IMG/VR virus record: IMGVR_UViG_3300037455_001397
Coordinates: 1-64,000 of that record
DNA from: a virus
Lineage: Duplodnaviria > Caudoviricetes
DNA length: 64,000 bases
Direction: 5' to 3' (one strand)
The notes under the pieces are model-generated. The model saw only the letters and a list, made by a program, of their open reading frames with translations. It was not told the origin of the DNA and made no database searches. Below, piece after piece: positions 8,831 to 18,541 of this stretch; the first letter of the stretch is position 1; the number at the start of each line of letters is the position of its first letter. The position numbers and the translations under genes were made by a program.

Positions 8831-11238
8831 GCGGTCAGACGGTAATACACGATCTTTCTTCCGGCCTCTGTTCCGTACTCACCCGCGACAATGCTGCCGT
8901 TTTCTTGGAGGGTGGCGATGATCTGCCGGAACATATCCTTGGATTCGTGCATGCGTTTCAGCAAAGCACTGTGGGTGTATGTTCCTCCGGCTTCGCGGAT
9001 GTACCGCAAAGCCTTCTGGCACTTCTCATCGAACGGGTTCTCGAACGTGTAGGAGTTGGTGAGGAAGAGCGTTTTGTTGATCTGATATTCCACGAACTGG
9101 CTGGCCCACTTGACGGCATCCACGGAGATGACGGGATCGTTGACGTTCTCGCTGACGGCATACAGGATGGATAGCTTGCACACCTTTTCGAATGCGCGAG
9201 CCCAGAACGCGGTCGGAATGATGGCTTTGAGCTTGTCGTACTTGCTGTAGATCTCGTCGTACTTGTCGTCCAGCTTATCGAGCAGCTTGGCCGCGTCCTC
9301 GGTCGCCTGAATGATCATCGGCGTCGGGAATTCCATGCAGAGGTTTCCTCTGCTCTGACCGTAATTGAGGATGGTTTTTACCTGTCGGATGATGGGAGGC
9401 GGGACGTTGATAATTTGGGCGTGGTTCTTTTTGCCGCGTTCTCCGGCTTCGAAGATGAGGCATCGTGCGATAAGGCCGTTGGCGAGCAGGCGCTTGTTGA
9501 GCGACTGGAAAAACATCTCCGGGATGGCCGTTCCGAAGATGACGAGGTACGGGTTTTGGATGTCAACGGCCATGGAATCAAATCCTTTCTCTTTCTGTTC
9601 TTTTTTGCGTTTGATGAGTTCAGCTCGGCCCATAGCCTTGCTTCGGATGGTGTAGGAGCTTGAAGACGAGGTGAAGATTTCGAGCATCTTTCCGATCATC
9701 GCCTCGGCTCGCGGGTCGCCGGACTTCATGCTGTTGATAAGCGTGTCGATCTCGTCGACCTGGAACAGCATTGACGGGCTGATGAAGAGGGCGTCCTCCA
9801 GGGCTTCGCCGGATGCGAACGAGTTCGCGATGCACTGGTTCATGGCGGGCTTCGCGGCACAGGCGATGGTCTTGGTGATCCGTCGCGGGTGGTCTTTGCC
9901 GACGCCCGATCCCGCGAGCGCGATGAGATAAATGTTCGCGCGGTTGTTCCGTGTGTCGGCGACGTTTCGTCCGACCAGGAGCGACAGACAGGACAGAGCG
10001 CCGCAGAACGACAGGAGCCTGTTCGGCTTTGGGGCACAGCTCATGGAGAAGTCCGTGATCTCGTCGATGAGTCCGGGAACGTGCAGGAGCTTTTCGCTGA
10101 TCCTGCCTGGGTCGCCAGTGAATTCAAGGCTATTCTCCTTCTTTTCGAAGTCGCCGATATCGACGGGCTTCGGCTTCATCAAGCCGCTGATGTCCACGGT
10201 CACCGGCTGCGGCTGTACCGCCTTCGGCTTGTCGTAACAGCCTGGCTCGTACATCTCCCGGAGCTTGCGCCAGTCGTTGCCGGAACACGAGTTGTGGTGG
10301 CATCGAAATCCGATGGCACCAGATGGTTCCTCAATGAGGACGGCTGACCCGTTGGTGTGCTGCGGATTGAACGGGCAGACCTTGAACACCCACTTTCGCC
10401 CGCCGTTGTACGGAACGGGGCTGTTGACGTTGAGTCCATGCCGGAGAATCCAGTCGTCGAGGACGAAGCCGGAGCTGGACGGAGCCGCAACGTGCGTCTG
10501 CGGCTCTGCGGCCTCGATGCCTGCAGCGGCGACCAGAAGTTCACGGCTGACCTCGCGCACCTCATCCGGCACCGAAACTATGTTCGCCATGCGGTGCGGG
10601 CGGTTCGGGATGCTGTCGCCCTTGCAGTTCATCGTGCCGGGCAGACGCCAGATCCGTGCCGGATTGAACACTGTAAGGTCGACATGGACCTTGTCGGTCG
10701 ATGCGGCCGCGATGCTCGCGATGACGTTCTGGACAAGGCCGTCGTCCTTCGCCGGAAGGTCGATACGGTAAAGGAGCTGTGCTCCATTGCCGGAGTCCAG
10801 CACAATGGGCTCCGGCCATCCGACTGAGGCAAGCCCGTTGCGAATCTGGTCTGCGAGTTCGAGCGCGGCTTTGTGTTCCTCGTCCGTGCTGGAGATGTTG
10901 CTTTTCCGTACTGCGTCGCAGTCGATGGGCAGCCATCGGCGGCGCACGATGTCATCGTCCGCCGTGGTAGCATTCTGCTCGGCTGGACCGAGCCTGTTGA
11001 ACGCCCGTGCCAGAAGGTCGGGGTCAACGGGATTGAGCGTGACATACGCACCTGCGAAGGCTCGAATCTTTGCGATGGCATCGGCGGCCTGGGGGATGTG
11101 CTCGAAGTCGAAGTAGCCGGATTCCGTGTGCGGTCGCATGTAATTCGCCGACACAGCCTTCAATATTCTGACCTCGAACACATCCCCCTTGGAGAACAGC
11201 AGACGCAGCGCGCGAACGATTTCTTCGCGGTTTGTCAT
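8800..11238 (-). CDS. Primase-helicase (AEP-like N-terminus, Zn finger, DUF3987-like NTPase)
   Basis: WLPIDCD, DSGNGAQL, NPARIWRLPGT, CPF..H..CHHNSC, LAGSGVGKD. Confidence 0.82.
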   Translation of the reverse strand: MTNREEIVRALRLLFSKGDVFEVRILKAVSANYMRPHTESGYFDFEHIPQAADAIAKIRAFAGAYVTLNPVDPDLLARAFNRLGPAEQNATTADDDIVRRRWLPIDCDAVRKSNISSTDEEHKAALELADQIRNGLASVGWPEPIVLDSGNGAQLLYRIDLPAKDDGLVQNVIASIAAASTDKVHVDLTVFNPARIWRLPGTMNCKGDSIPNRPHRMANIVSVPDEVREVSRELLVAAAGIEAAEPQTHVAAPSSSGFVLDDWILRHGLNVNSPVPYNGGRKWVFKVCPFNPQHTNGSAVLIEEPSGAIGFRCHHNSCSGNDWRKLREMYEPGCYDKPKAVQPQPVTVDISGLMKPKPVDIGDFEKKENSLEFTGDPGRISEKLLHVPGLIDEITDFSMSCAPKPNRLLSFCGALSCLSLLVGRNVADTRNNRANIYLIALAGSGVGKDHPRRITKTIACAAKPAMNQCIANSFASGEALEDALFISPSMLFQVDEIDTLINSMKSGDPRAEAMIGKMLEIFTSSSSSYTIRSKAMGRAELIKRKKEQKEKGFDSMAVDIQNPYLVIFGTAIPEMFFQSLNKRLLANGLIARCLIFEAGERGKKNHAQIINVPPPIIRQVKTILNYGQSRGNLCMEFPTPMIIQATEDAAKLLDKLDDKYDEIYSKYDKLKAIIPTAFWARAFEKVCKLSILYAVSENVNDPVISVDAVKWASQFVEYQINKTLFLTNSYTFENPFDEKCQKALRYIREAGGTYTHSALLKRMHESKDMFRQIIATLQENGSIVAGEYGTEAGRKIVYYRLTADSPKSIPKS

Positions 11239-11249
11239 GCCTCCTCCCA

Positions 11250-11615
11250 TCAGTCGAAGACGAACACAAGCAGGACGTTATCGTCCTTCTTCGGCTTTTC
11301 GGCAGGCTTCGGAGCAGTCTGCGCCGTGCCTCTGCGGAGCCAGGCGCGAAGCTTCGGGGCATTGCGGTGGCGGCAGCGGTCCAGCACTTTCTCGATGTCG
11401 CCGCGTTCGGCCACGCGGAGCTTCTGCGTACCGCCACGAGTGATGGCGTCGATGTATTCCGGCTTCGACTTGACGAACGGGTTCAGCATGTCGTGCGGTG
11501 CGTGATAGCCAAGGATGCCGCAGAGATCGCGGGCGGCGTACTTGATTCTGCCATTGACCGCGAACGTGCGGACAGGGATTTCACCGTAGAACACGGTTTC
11601 GGGTTTGTTGGGCAT
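11250..11615 (-). CDS. Bro-N domain protein (antirepressor-like)
   Basis: VRTFAVNGRIKYAARDLCGILGY...TRGGTQKL. Confidence 0.7.
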   Translation of the reverse strand: MPNKPETVFYGEIPVRTFAVNGRIKYAARDLCGILGYHAPHDMLNPFVKSKPEYIDAITRGGTQKLRVAERGDIEKVLDRCRHRNAPKLRAWLRRGTAQTAPKPAEKPKKDDNVLLVFVFD

Positions 11616-11637
11616 TGGAAGTTCCTTTCTTGGTTTG

Positions 11638-11856
11638 TTATTCTTCCGGGTCGTCGTACCAGTTGTTGAGCGTGGCGAGCGCGAATCCGAGCTTCGATGC
11701 GGCCTCCTCGATCTGCCAGTTGACTTCGCTGTTCCAGTCGGTGTGCTCGAACACAAATTCGAGGTCGCTGTGCAGGGCTTCGATGATGTTCAGCGCCTTC
11801 GCCAGACGCTTCACCGAACGGTCGATGTTTTCGCGGTAGTCTTTTTCTTTTCCCAT
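11638..11856 (-). CDS. Hypothetical phage protein
   Basis: 72 aa ORF in operon with RBS. Confidence 0.7.
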   Translation of the reverse strand: MGKEKDYRENIDRSVKRLAKALNIIEALHSDLEFVFEHTDWNSEVNWQIEEAASKLGFALATLNNWYDDPEE

Positions 11857-11863
11857 GATGATG

Positions 11864-12175
11864 TCATCCTTCGGTTACGTTGTCAGGGTTGTCGTGCATG
11901 GCCTCTTCGCAGTCGTCCAGGCGGGCGACAAGCCGTGCGTTATCTTCGATTTCCTCGCGGAATTCGCGAAGTTTCATCGCGATGAACTCCGGCCACGGGT
12001 ATTCGTGCCCCTCGTCGTCCTTCGCGTAGGCGGGCGGCGTCATCGCCATGTAAGCAAGGATTTCCCGCCACATCATGTCGTTGATGCTCTCGCACTCTTC
12101 GCGTTTGCTTTCGATTTCGTTCTTCCCGATGCGGGAGAGATACCCATCGTATTTGTAGTAAGTTCCCCAGCCCAT
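11864..12175 (-). CDS. Hypothetical phage protein
   Basis: 103 aa ORF in operon with RBS. Confidence 0.7.
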   Translation of the reverse strand: MGWGTYYKYDGYLSRIGKNEIESKREECESINDMMWREILAYMAMTPPAYAKDDEGHEYPWPEFIAMKLREFREEIEDNARLVARLDDCEEAMHDNPDNVTEG

Positions 12176-12193
12176 GTGGGTGTTCCTTTCTGT

Positions 12194-13936
12194 TCAAAAT
12201 GGTATGTCGTCCGGGTCAAAGTCCTCAATGTGCGGGTCGTCGCCGGACATCACGACCTCCGCCGTGTCATCGCCCGGCTCGCGTTCGGGACGTTCGCCAA
12301 GCTCGTACCTGGTTATGGTTTCGAACTTCTCGCCCGCAGTCGAGCGGACGGTGATTCTCTTCGGCTCAGCGAGGATGCCGGAGCTTGCCAGTCGGACAGC
12401 CTCAGCGGCACTGTGCGGCACAGGACACCATTCCGGCGCCCGCTCCTTCCACCACTTGACGAACTTGGTTCGTGCGTAGCCGGAGTGTTCCGGGCAGACC
12501 CATTCCGACTTGTACGTCTGAAACGCGACCTCGTAGTCGACGCGCATCGTGCTCGGCGTATCGTCCGGCGCATATCGTTTCCTGTGGACTGCGTAGAAGG
12601 TACGCCGCACCTCGTATTCATCGAAGAACACCTCGCCGGAGATGATGCCGTCGTGGGCGGCATGGGCGGTGAGGTCCGAGTGCCCACTTGGTGGAAACTC
12701 GTATCCGCATTCAGGGCACTTCGCGTATGCCGCATGGATGAGGGCGTAGCACTGCGGGCATTTCTTTGCCGGAGCCTCGCCGTTGCCGGGAGTCTTGTCT
12801 TTCACGCGGATCATGTCCACGGGACCGTGGCGCATGATGTTCCCGCCGTAGTCCAGAACAAGACAATTGGTCTTCCCGGTTTCGGGCGAGAGCCGTGTTC
12901 CGCGTCCGACCATCTGGATCAGCAGACCCGCCGAGTTCGTCGGGCGAAGCAGGACGATGCAGTCCGTGTTCACTGCGTCGAATCCCGTGGTCAAGACGTT
13001 CACATTGCACAGGAACTTCAGCGGCGGCTTCGGCGTCCCGAACAGATCGGCCGGAACAGCCTTGCCCTTGAAGCGGTCGAGAATCTCGGCACGTTCGCCA
13101 GCCGGAGTGTCGCCAGTCACGATGGCGCATTCCTGCCCGCTGTAACCTCGGATTGCCTCGGCGACGTGCTGACAGTGTTTCACTGACGAGGTAAAAATCA
13201 GGACGGACTTGCGGTCCCGTGTCAGGTCGACGATCTCCCGGCAAGCGGACAGAACGAGCTGTTCCGTGTCCATCGCAGCTTCGATCTCGTCCCCGATGAA
13301 CTCGCCGCCACGAATGTGGAGGTTGCTGAGGTCGGCTTCGGCGCGACCGGCACGGGACACCAGGGGTGACAGGTATCCCTGCTGTATCATCTCTTTGAGG
13401 TTGGCCTCGTAGCAGATTTCATTCAGCAGGTTGTCCGGCTTGCAGATCAGGCCGCCTTTCAGTCGGAACGGTGTGGCCGTCAGCCCGATGAGCCGGACAC
13501 GGGGATTGATTTCCTTCATGTCCTGCAGGAACGTCCGGTACATTCCGTCTCCGTCCGGAGCGATGAGGTGTGCTTCGTCAACGATAATCAGATCGAAGCT
13601 GCCAAGCAAATCCGCTTTGTTGTACACACTCTGAATCCCGGCCACGATGACCGGCTCCTCGGTGTTCCTCGAGTTCAGCCCCGCGGAGAAGATTCCGATG
13701 GGGACATCCGGACATAGTTTCCTGATTTTGTCGGCGTTCTGTTCAAGGAGTTCCTTCACATGAGCAAGGATGAGCACTCGACCGTTCCACAGCGTCACAG
13801 CATCCTTTGCGATCTGTCCGATCACCAGAGACTTGCCCGTTCCCGTGGGGAGAACTACGCATGGGTTGTTTTTCTTTTCGCGGAGGTGGTTGTACACGGC
13901 CTCAACCGCCTCCCGCTGGTAGGGCCGCAATTCCAT
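12194..13936 (-). CDS. SF2 DEAH helicase with Zn finger (RadD/YejH-like)
   Basis: LPTGTGKS, IIVDEAH, GLTATP, QMVGRGTR, CPQC..CPEC. Confidence 0.92.
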   Translation of the reverse strand: MELRPYQREAVEAVYNHLREKKNNPCVVLPTGTGKSLVIGQIAKDAVTLWNGRVLILAHVKELLEQNADKIRKLCPDVPIGIFSAGLNSRNTEEPVIVAGIQSVYNKADLLGSFDLIIVDEAHLIAPDGDGMYRTFLQDMKEINPRVRLIGLTATPFRLKGGLICKPDNLLNEICYEANLKEMIQQGYLSPLVSRAGRAEADLSNLHIRGGEFIGDEIEAAMDTEQLVLSACREIVDLTRDRKSVLIFTSSVKHCQHVAEAIRGYSGQECAIVTGDTPAGERAEILDRFKGKAVPADLFGTPKPPLKFLCNVNVLTTGFDAVNTDCIVLLRPTNSAGLLIQMVGRGTRLSPETGKTNCLVLDYGGNIMRHGPVDMIRVKDKTPGNGEAPAKKCPQCYALIHAAYAKCPECGYEFPPSGHSDLTAHAAHDGIISGEVFFDEYEVRRTFYAVHRKRYAPDDTPSTMRVDYEVAFQTYKSEWVCPEHSGYARTKFVKWWKERAPEWCPVPHSAAEAVRLASSGILAEPKRITVRSTAGEKFETITRYELGERPEREPGDDTAEVVMSGDDPHIEDFDPDDIPF

Positions 13937-13938
13937 TG

Positions 13939-14157
13939 TCAGTCCCTCAGCTGTACGCCCGACTTCTTCAAGCCGTCGCCGATGGTTTTCTTCATTTCTT
14001 CCCAGGCTTTCTTATTCATGTGCATGCGTTTGCGGACCTTGTTTTCCGGGACCCCCTTCATGATCATGACGCAGATGGTGAATTCCTTGCCATCAGGCAG
14101 GTTCTTGCAGAAGTTCTGCACGGCTTCAATCTGCTTGCTTCGGTCGATCTTTTTCAT
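13939..14157 (-). CDS. Hypothetical protein
   Basis: 72 aa ORF between rusA and helicase. Confidence 0.6.
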   Translation of the reverse strand: MKKIDRSKQIEAVQNFCKNLPDGKEFTICVMIMKGVPENKVRKRMHMNKKAWEEMKKTIGDGLKKSGVQLRD

Positions 14158-14503
14158 ATTCTGTAATCCTTATGAATGCCATTCCGTTCGGGGGCATCGG
14201 TTCGCGTTTGGTGACGGTGATTTTGTGGATAAGGGAGTCGTCCTCGTACACGCCCGCGCAGGTGAGCGCGTCCAGTAAACTCTTCTGGGAGTTATCGATG
14301 TCTCGCCTGCGGTTGTCGGGCGGGTAGAGGTCGAGCTCTACTTGAACGGGGCATTTGAATGTCGCATGCCCCGTTCGCCGGGCTATCGCCGTCACGTTTT
14401 CCCGGTACTTCCGGCCATCACGGCTGATGAGGACTCTCGGCCCCACATGCCTGTAGTAATGGTTGAGTGAGGGTGGCCACGGCAGTTCGAGCTCGACCGG
14501 CAT
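14126..14503 (-). CDS. rusA: RusA-family Holliday junction resolvase
   Basis: LPWPPSLNHYY, PPDNRRRDIDN, LDALTCAGVYEDDS. Confidence 0.9.
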   Translation of the reverse strand: MPVELELPWPPSLNHYYRHVGPRVLISRDGRKYRENVTAIARRTGHATFKCPVQVELDLYPPDNRRRDIDNSQKSLLDALTCAGVYEDDSLIHKITVTKREPMPPNGMAFIRITEYEKDRPKQAD

Positions 14504-14976
14504 CACATCCACGGCGGCTTACTCGGAATGCGGGGGGCGGTCGTCGGCGTTGCGGGAGCCTGTTTCGGCTCCGGCTTGTAGTTCGCCTTGGACTCGTATC
14601 CGCGGATGTCGTTGGTGATCTCGCCGGTGTTCTTGTCCTTCCGGCAGTGGACTTTGATGACGAGCGGGAGGTTGTGGAGGTCGATGGAGTCGCTCGGCGT
14701 GAGGACGTTGACCGCACGGCAGATAGCGGACAGGTCGGCACGGGCCAGGCGGACGGCCTCGGCGTTCTGGTTCTCGATGTTCAGACGCGACCAAAGCTTG
14801 CGTCCGGCATACTCGCCGTCCGTGATCTCGAATTCGAGCTGGAGGTAGCGGCCGGTTCCGGCTCTGGTTTCCTTCATCTCGGAGTCGGTAATGACGGCGA
14901 TGTATTTCCCTGCGGGGATGGGATCGAACGCTTTGCTGGGTTCGACTTCGTTGGCATTGAAATTGAGGGTGGCCAT
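14503..14976 (-). CDS. DUF669 family ssDNA-binding-like protein
   Basis: FDPIPAGKY..YLQLEFEITDGEYAGRKLWSRLN..KPPWM. Confidence 0.8.
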   Translation of the reverse strand: MATLNFNANEVEPSKAFDPIPAGKYIAVITDSEMKETRAGTGRYLQLEFEITDGEYAGRKLWSRLNIENQNAEAVRLARADLSAICRAVNVLTPSDSIDLHNLPLVIKVHCRKDKNTGEITNDIRGYESKANYKPEPKQAPATPTTAPRIPSKPPWM

Positions 14977-14991
14977 GATGATAATCCTTTC

Positions 14992-15216
14992 TTAGCACGC
15001 GCAGAATGCGGGCGTGAATTTGGGTTTGATCGGTTTATTCGGGGTGGATGAGCTGACGAACACGGGCTTCGAGGGCGGGCAGTGCAGATGCTCGAAGTAG
15101 ACGAGCTTCGGCATGAAATCGTCATGAATGATCCTGCACTTCGTCCCCTTCGGGATCAGCCCGCCGCAGAAGTCGCAGAAGTGGTTATGCTTCGCGACAG
15201 CGATATGGTCGGACAT
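14992..15216 (-). CDS. Small Zn-binding hypothetical protein
   Basis: AGGAG RBS; HFCDFCGG..EHLHC. Confidence 0.55.
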   Translation of the reverse strand: MSDHIAVAKHNHFCDFCGGLIPKGTKCRIIHDDFMPKLVYFEHLHCPPSKPVFVSSSTPNKPIKPKFTPAFCAC

Positions 15217-15229
15217 GGTGAATCTCCTT

Positions 15230-16003
15230 TTATGAGGCCGCATCGACAGCGGGCGCAACGGAATTTCCATACGCCTGGAGGAAGGCGTCCCAGCGAAGCG
15301 GAATCTCGTTCGGCAGGCTGAAACGGTTCTTTGCGAGGCAAGCCGGGCTTCCGTTCGTGCGGAGGATGCGTTCGCCGCCGTCTGCCCCGATGGGGGCCGC
15401 GATGGCACGGCTGTCACCGTCCTTGGAGACGCGGAGGCGCTTCGCGGCGAACAGCACGGCGTCGACCCACTCGGAGATGAGGCTTGCGGCGTGTTTGTGC
15501 AGACGGGGAGCGTAGCGGTCGTAGGCGATGTTCTCCGGGTCCTCGAAGCGTTCGACCTTGGCGTGAGCGAGCAGGATGACCATCATGCCGCGTTTGTTCC
15601 TGAGGTCGTCGAGGAGCGCAAGGACTTTGCGCCAATGGACGAGCGCATCCACATACCCCTTGCCGTACCCGCCGTCCGCCTTTTCGATGCTGCGGACTCC
15701 GAATTCCTTGCACACTTCGTCGAAGATGAGGCGTTCAAGCCAGTCGAGCGAATCGATGACGACGGTTCGGAAGTTGTGTTCCTCGTCGCGAAGGGCGGTC
15801 AGCTCGGCGATGACGTCGCCGACGCTCTGAGCGAGCGGGAACTTGCAGGTGTCGATCTCGCCGAGGCCGTCCTCGGTCTGGATGAAGACGGGGTCGGGAG
15901 CGGATGCCCCGAAGGTGCTCTTCCCCACGCCTTCCTGGCCGTATACCATGATGCGAGGCGGCTTGTTCTCGCGTCCGGTCTGAATGTTATCAAGCATTCC
16001 CAT
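15230..16003 (-). CDS. AAA_24 / Sak4-like ATPase recombinase
   Basis: YGQEGVGKST, TVVIDSLDWLE, GYGKGY, AKNRFSLP. Confidence 0.85.
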   Translation of the reverse strand: MGMLDNIQTGRENKPPRIMVYGQEGVGKSTFGASAPDPVFIQTEDGLGEIDTCKFPLAQSVGDVIAELTALRDEEHNFRTVVIDSLDWLERLIFDEVCKEFGVRSIEKADGGYGKGYVDALVHWRKVLALLDDLRNKRGMMVILLAHAKVERFEDPENIAYDRYAPRLHKHAASLISEWVDAVLFAAKRLRVSKDGDSRAIAAPIGADGGERILRTNGSPACLAKNRFSLPNEIPLRWDAFLQAYGNSVAPAVDAAS

Positions 16004-16005
16004 AT

Positions 16006-16821
16006 TTACTTCTTTCCTTTCTTCAGTTTGCCGAGGGCTTCGTCGAGTTTGGAGATGATTCTGCCCTTCATGGCATGGATTTCGGTGGTCGAGTACCGGA
16101 CGCCGGGGTGCTTCAGCAGTTCGAGTTCGGTGCGCTCCCGGATTCCCTTGCTGATGCTCTTCTCCAGGACGGCGAGCCGTTCGGACTTGAATTCGGCAGT
16201 GTTCTTGCAGTTTTCCATACGGCGGGTTTCCATCGTGATGATGTACGCTCTGTTCGCCGAGATGCTGCCGGACAGGACGGCCAGCTTGATGGTCTGGGGC
16301 GCGTAGTCATTGATGGTGCGGAGTTTCTCGACCTTGCAACGGGAGGTTCCGAGGAGATAGGCTGTGGCATCGGCGCTCTTTCCGTGGACGACATCGGAAA
16401 CCTTCGGGCGACCGGTCTTCCTGCGCTTGTCGAGAGCGGAGAGGCAGCGCATCATTTCGGCGTCGGAGAGGTTGCGGCGGTTACGCTGGGAATCGATGGC
16501 GTATTCGAGGGCGTCATTTTCGTTTCCGAATTCACGGACGACAACGGGAATGGCATCGATGCCGAGGCGGCGGGCTGCGGCGAGCCGGGTGTGTCCATCT
16601 ACCACGGTGAACTTGTGTCCGGCCCAGACGATGATCGGGTGAGCGTGATCGAAGCCGTGCTTCTTCATGTCGTCGGCAATTTTGTCGAGGTCGGCTTCAC
16701 GGATCGGGAAGAGGCTTTTGAACGGTTCGGCAGTGCGGAGAGAATTGGTGTTCACAATCACCTGTTTTCCGGTCACGATGCTATACCCATTTTCGGGGGT
16801 GTAAAGAGTATTGGTTTTCAT
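16006..16821 (-). CDS. ParB/Srx N-domain protein with HTH (paralog 1)
   Basis: VVDGHTRLAAA, SQRNRRNLSDAE, ATAYLLGTSRCKVEK. Confidence 0.8.
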   Translation of the reverse strand: MKTNTLYTPENGYSIVTGKQVIVNTNSLRTAEPFKSLFPIREADLDKIADDMKKHGFDHAHPIIVWAGHKFTVVDGHTRLAAARRLGIDAIPVVVREFGNENDALEYAIDSQRNRRNLSDAEMMRCLSALDKRRKTGRPKVSDVVHGKSADATAYLLGTSRCKVEKLRTINDYAPQTIKLAVLSGSISANRAYIITMETRRMENCKNTAEFKSERLAVLEKSISKGIRERTELELLKHPGVRYSTTEIHAMKGRIISKLDEALGKLKKGKK

Positions 16822-16853
16822 GGATGTCTGATTCCTTATTTTGGTTTTTCGGA

Positions 16854-17684
16854 TTACTTTTCTTCTGCGTCCAAGGCGAGCTTGGCAAGTTCGGCATCGA
16901 GTTTCTCGATGACGGTCTGGCGGATGTGGGCGATGTCTTTGGCGAAATACCGGATATTGGGATGCTTCGCCAGTTCACGGTCGACGCGGGCCTGGATCAT
17001 TCCGCAGAAACCGTCCTCCAACGCGGTCTGGCAGGCGATATAGAGCTCGGCCTCGTCCTTGTATTTGCTTTCCTTGCGTGCCTCCATCGTTTCGTCATAG
17101 GCTCTGTTCACGGAGAGCTTGCCGGACTTGACGGCTTCCTTGACCTCATCGGATGCGTGGTCGTTGATCGCACGGATACGCTCGACCTTCGCCCGCGAGA
17201 TGCCGAGGAGTTTTGCGGTGTTCTTGGCGGAGCCCCCGGAAATACCCTCGTCCGAGGGTATTTTTTTCGGGCGGCCGACGGTCTTTCTTTTGTCGAGTTC
17301 GGTCATGCACTTGATGAGCTCGGCATCGGTCAGATTCCTGCGGTTGACCTGAGATTCAATTGCAAACTCCAGGGCTTCGGCTTCATCCTTGAAATTCTTG
17401 AGGATGACGGGGATTTTAGCGAACATCAGCTTTTTTGCCGCAGCCAGACGGGTATGCCCGTCCACAACGGTCGCGTTGTGTCCCGCCCAGAGAATGAGCG
17501 GGTGTCCGAATTCAAAGCCTTTGGCCTTCATGCTGGCCTCGATGTGTTCCAGGTCGCCGGGCTTCACCTGGAAGAGATCCTTGAACGGGGACGCCGTTTT
17601 GATCTCCAGCGTCTCGAACATGATGGGTCTTTCCTTGGTGATATAGACGTGCTCATCGAGCTCTTTTTCGACCGTGTCGTCCAT
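16854..17684 (-). CDS. ParB/Srx N-domain protein with HTH (paralog 2)
   Basis: VVDGHTRLAAA, SQVNRRNLTDAE, TAKLLGISRAKVER. Confidence 0.8.
   Translation of the reverse strand: MDDTVEKELDEHVYITKERPIMFETLEIKTASPFKDLFQVKPGDLEHIEASMKAKGFEFGHPLILWAGHNATVVDGHTRLAAAKKLMFAKIPVILKNFKDEAEALEFAIESQVNRRNLTDAELIKCMTELDKRKTVGRPKKIPSDEGISGGSAKNTAKLLGISRAKVERIRAINDHASDEVKEAVKSGKLSVNRAYDETMEARKESKYKDEAELYIACQTALEDGFCGMIQARVDRELAKHPNIRYFAKDIAHIRQTVIEKLDAELAKLALDAEEK
17237..17263. repeat. 27-bp palindromic element, copy 1
   Basis: CGGAAATACCCTCGTCCGAGGGTATTT, identical to 25658-25684. Confidence 0.85.
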
Positions 17685-18502
17685 CAGAGCACCTCCGGAA
17701 TCGGTTCGCTGGCGTTCCAGCGGATGGTCGTCAGTTCTTTGTCGCGGACGTAGGCGTTCCAGACGCGGATATAGGTGGCGAGGGTTTCCTGAACGGACAG
17801 CTTTCTGACCTTGAATTTGTTGTCGAACAGTCTGGCACGGAGCGTCATGATCGGGTGCTTTTCAGAGAGGCATGCTCCGGTTTTGATGGCGTCGAAGAAA
17901 TCGTCGAGTTTGTAGCGGTAGGCGGTGTTTCTCCTGATGATGCAGTAGGCAAGCGCCATGTGGGACTTCACAAAGTGATGTCCGCCACGGTCAGCGATTT
18001 CCGAGGCTTTTTCAATCAACTCCGTGTTCTGATCATAGAAGTTGAGCAGGCAGCTGTTGCTGACATTCGACCGGCAGGTTTCCGGGGTGAGATTGCAGTC
18101 GATGAAGTCGTGGAGCCAGAGGAGTTTCGTCAGCCTGGCCGCAGTGTTGGAGTGTTCGGAACGGGCGATCTGCATGACGTGTCTGGAAGTGCGGGCCATG
18201 CCGGTGTCGAGCGTGTCGATGCAGTCCTTGTCCACGTTGCGCACGACGAGGAAGTCGACGGCGATGTTCGCGTCAATGACCGCCAGGAGACGGTTCTGTC
18301 CGTCAAGCAGGGTTCCGTCCTTTGCAAAGACGATGGTGGCTCCGTTCAGTCCCCACGCTCCGCTCTTCATGTCGAAGGCGTACTTCTTGACATTCGACCA
18401 GTTGACGTTGCGGTTCATGGTGTTGTGCGTCAGCATCTCGCGGGCGATTTCGGGCGTGATGGTGAGCTGTTCGACGGTGATTTCGGCTTCGTTTTTGTTC
18501 AT
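17684..18502 (-). CDS. Phage protein with ParB-like DGQxRL motif
   Basis: ITPEIAREML..NRNV..LLDGQNRLLAV. Confidence 0.7.
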   Translation of the reverse strand: MNKNEAEITVEQLTITPEIAREMLTHNTMNRNVNWSNVKKYAFDMKSGAWGLNGATIVFAKDGTLLDGQNRLLAVIDANIAVDFLVVRNVDKDCIDTLDTGMARTSRHVMQIARSEHSNTAARLTKLLWLHDFIDCNLTPETCRSNVSNSCLLNFYDQNTELIEKASEIADRGGHHFVKSHMALAYCIIRRNTAYRYKLDDFFDAIKTGACLSEKHPIMTLRARLFDNKFKVRKLSVQETLATYIRVWNAYVRDKELTTIRWNASEPIPEVL

Positions 18503-18541
18503 GGTGGATTTCTCCTTTGCTTTGTTGGTTATTGAAGGGAA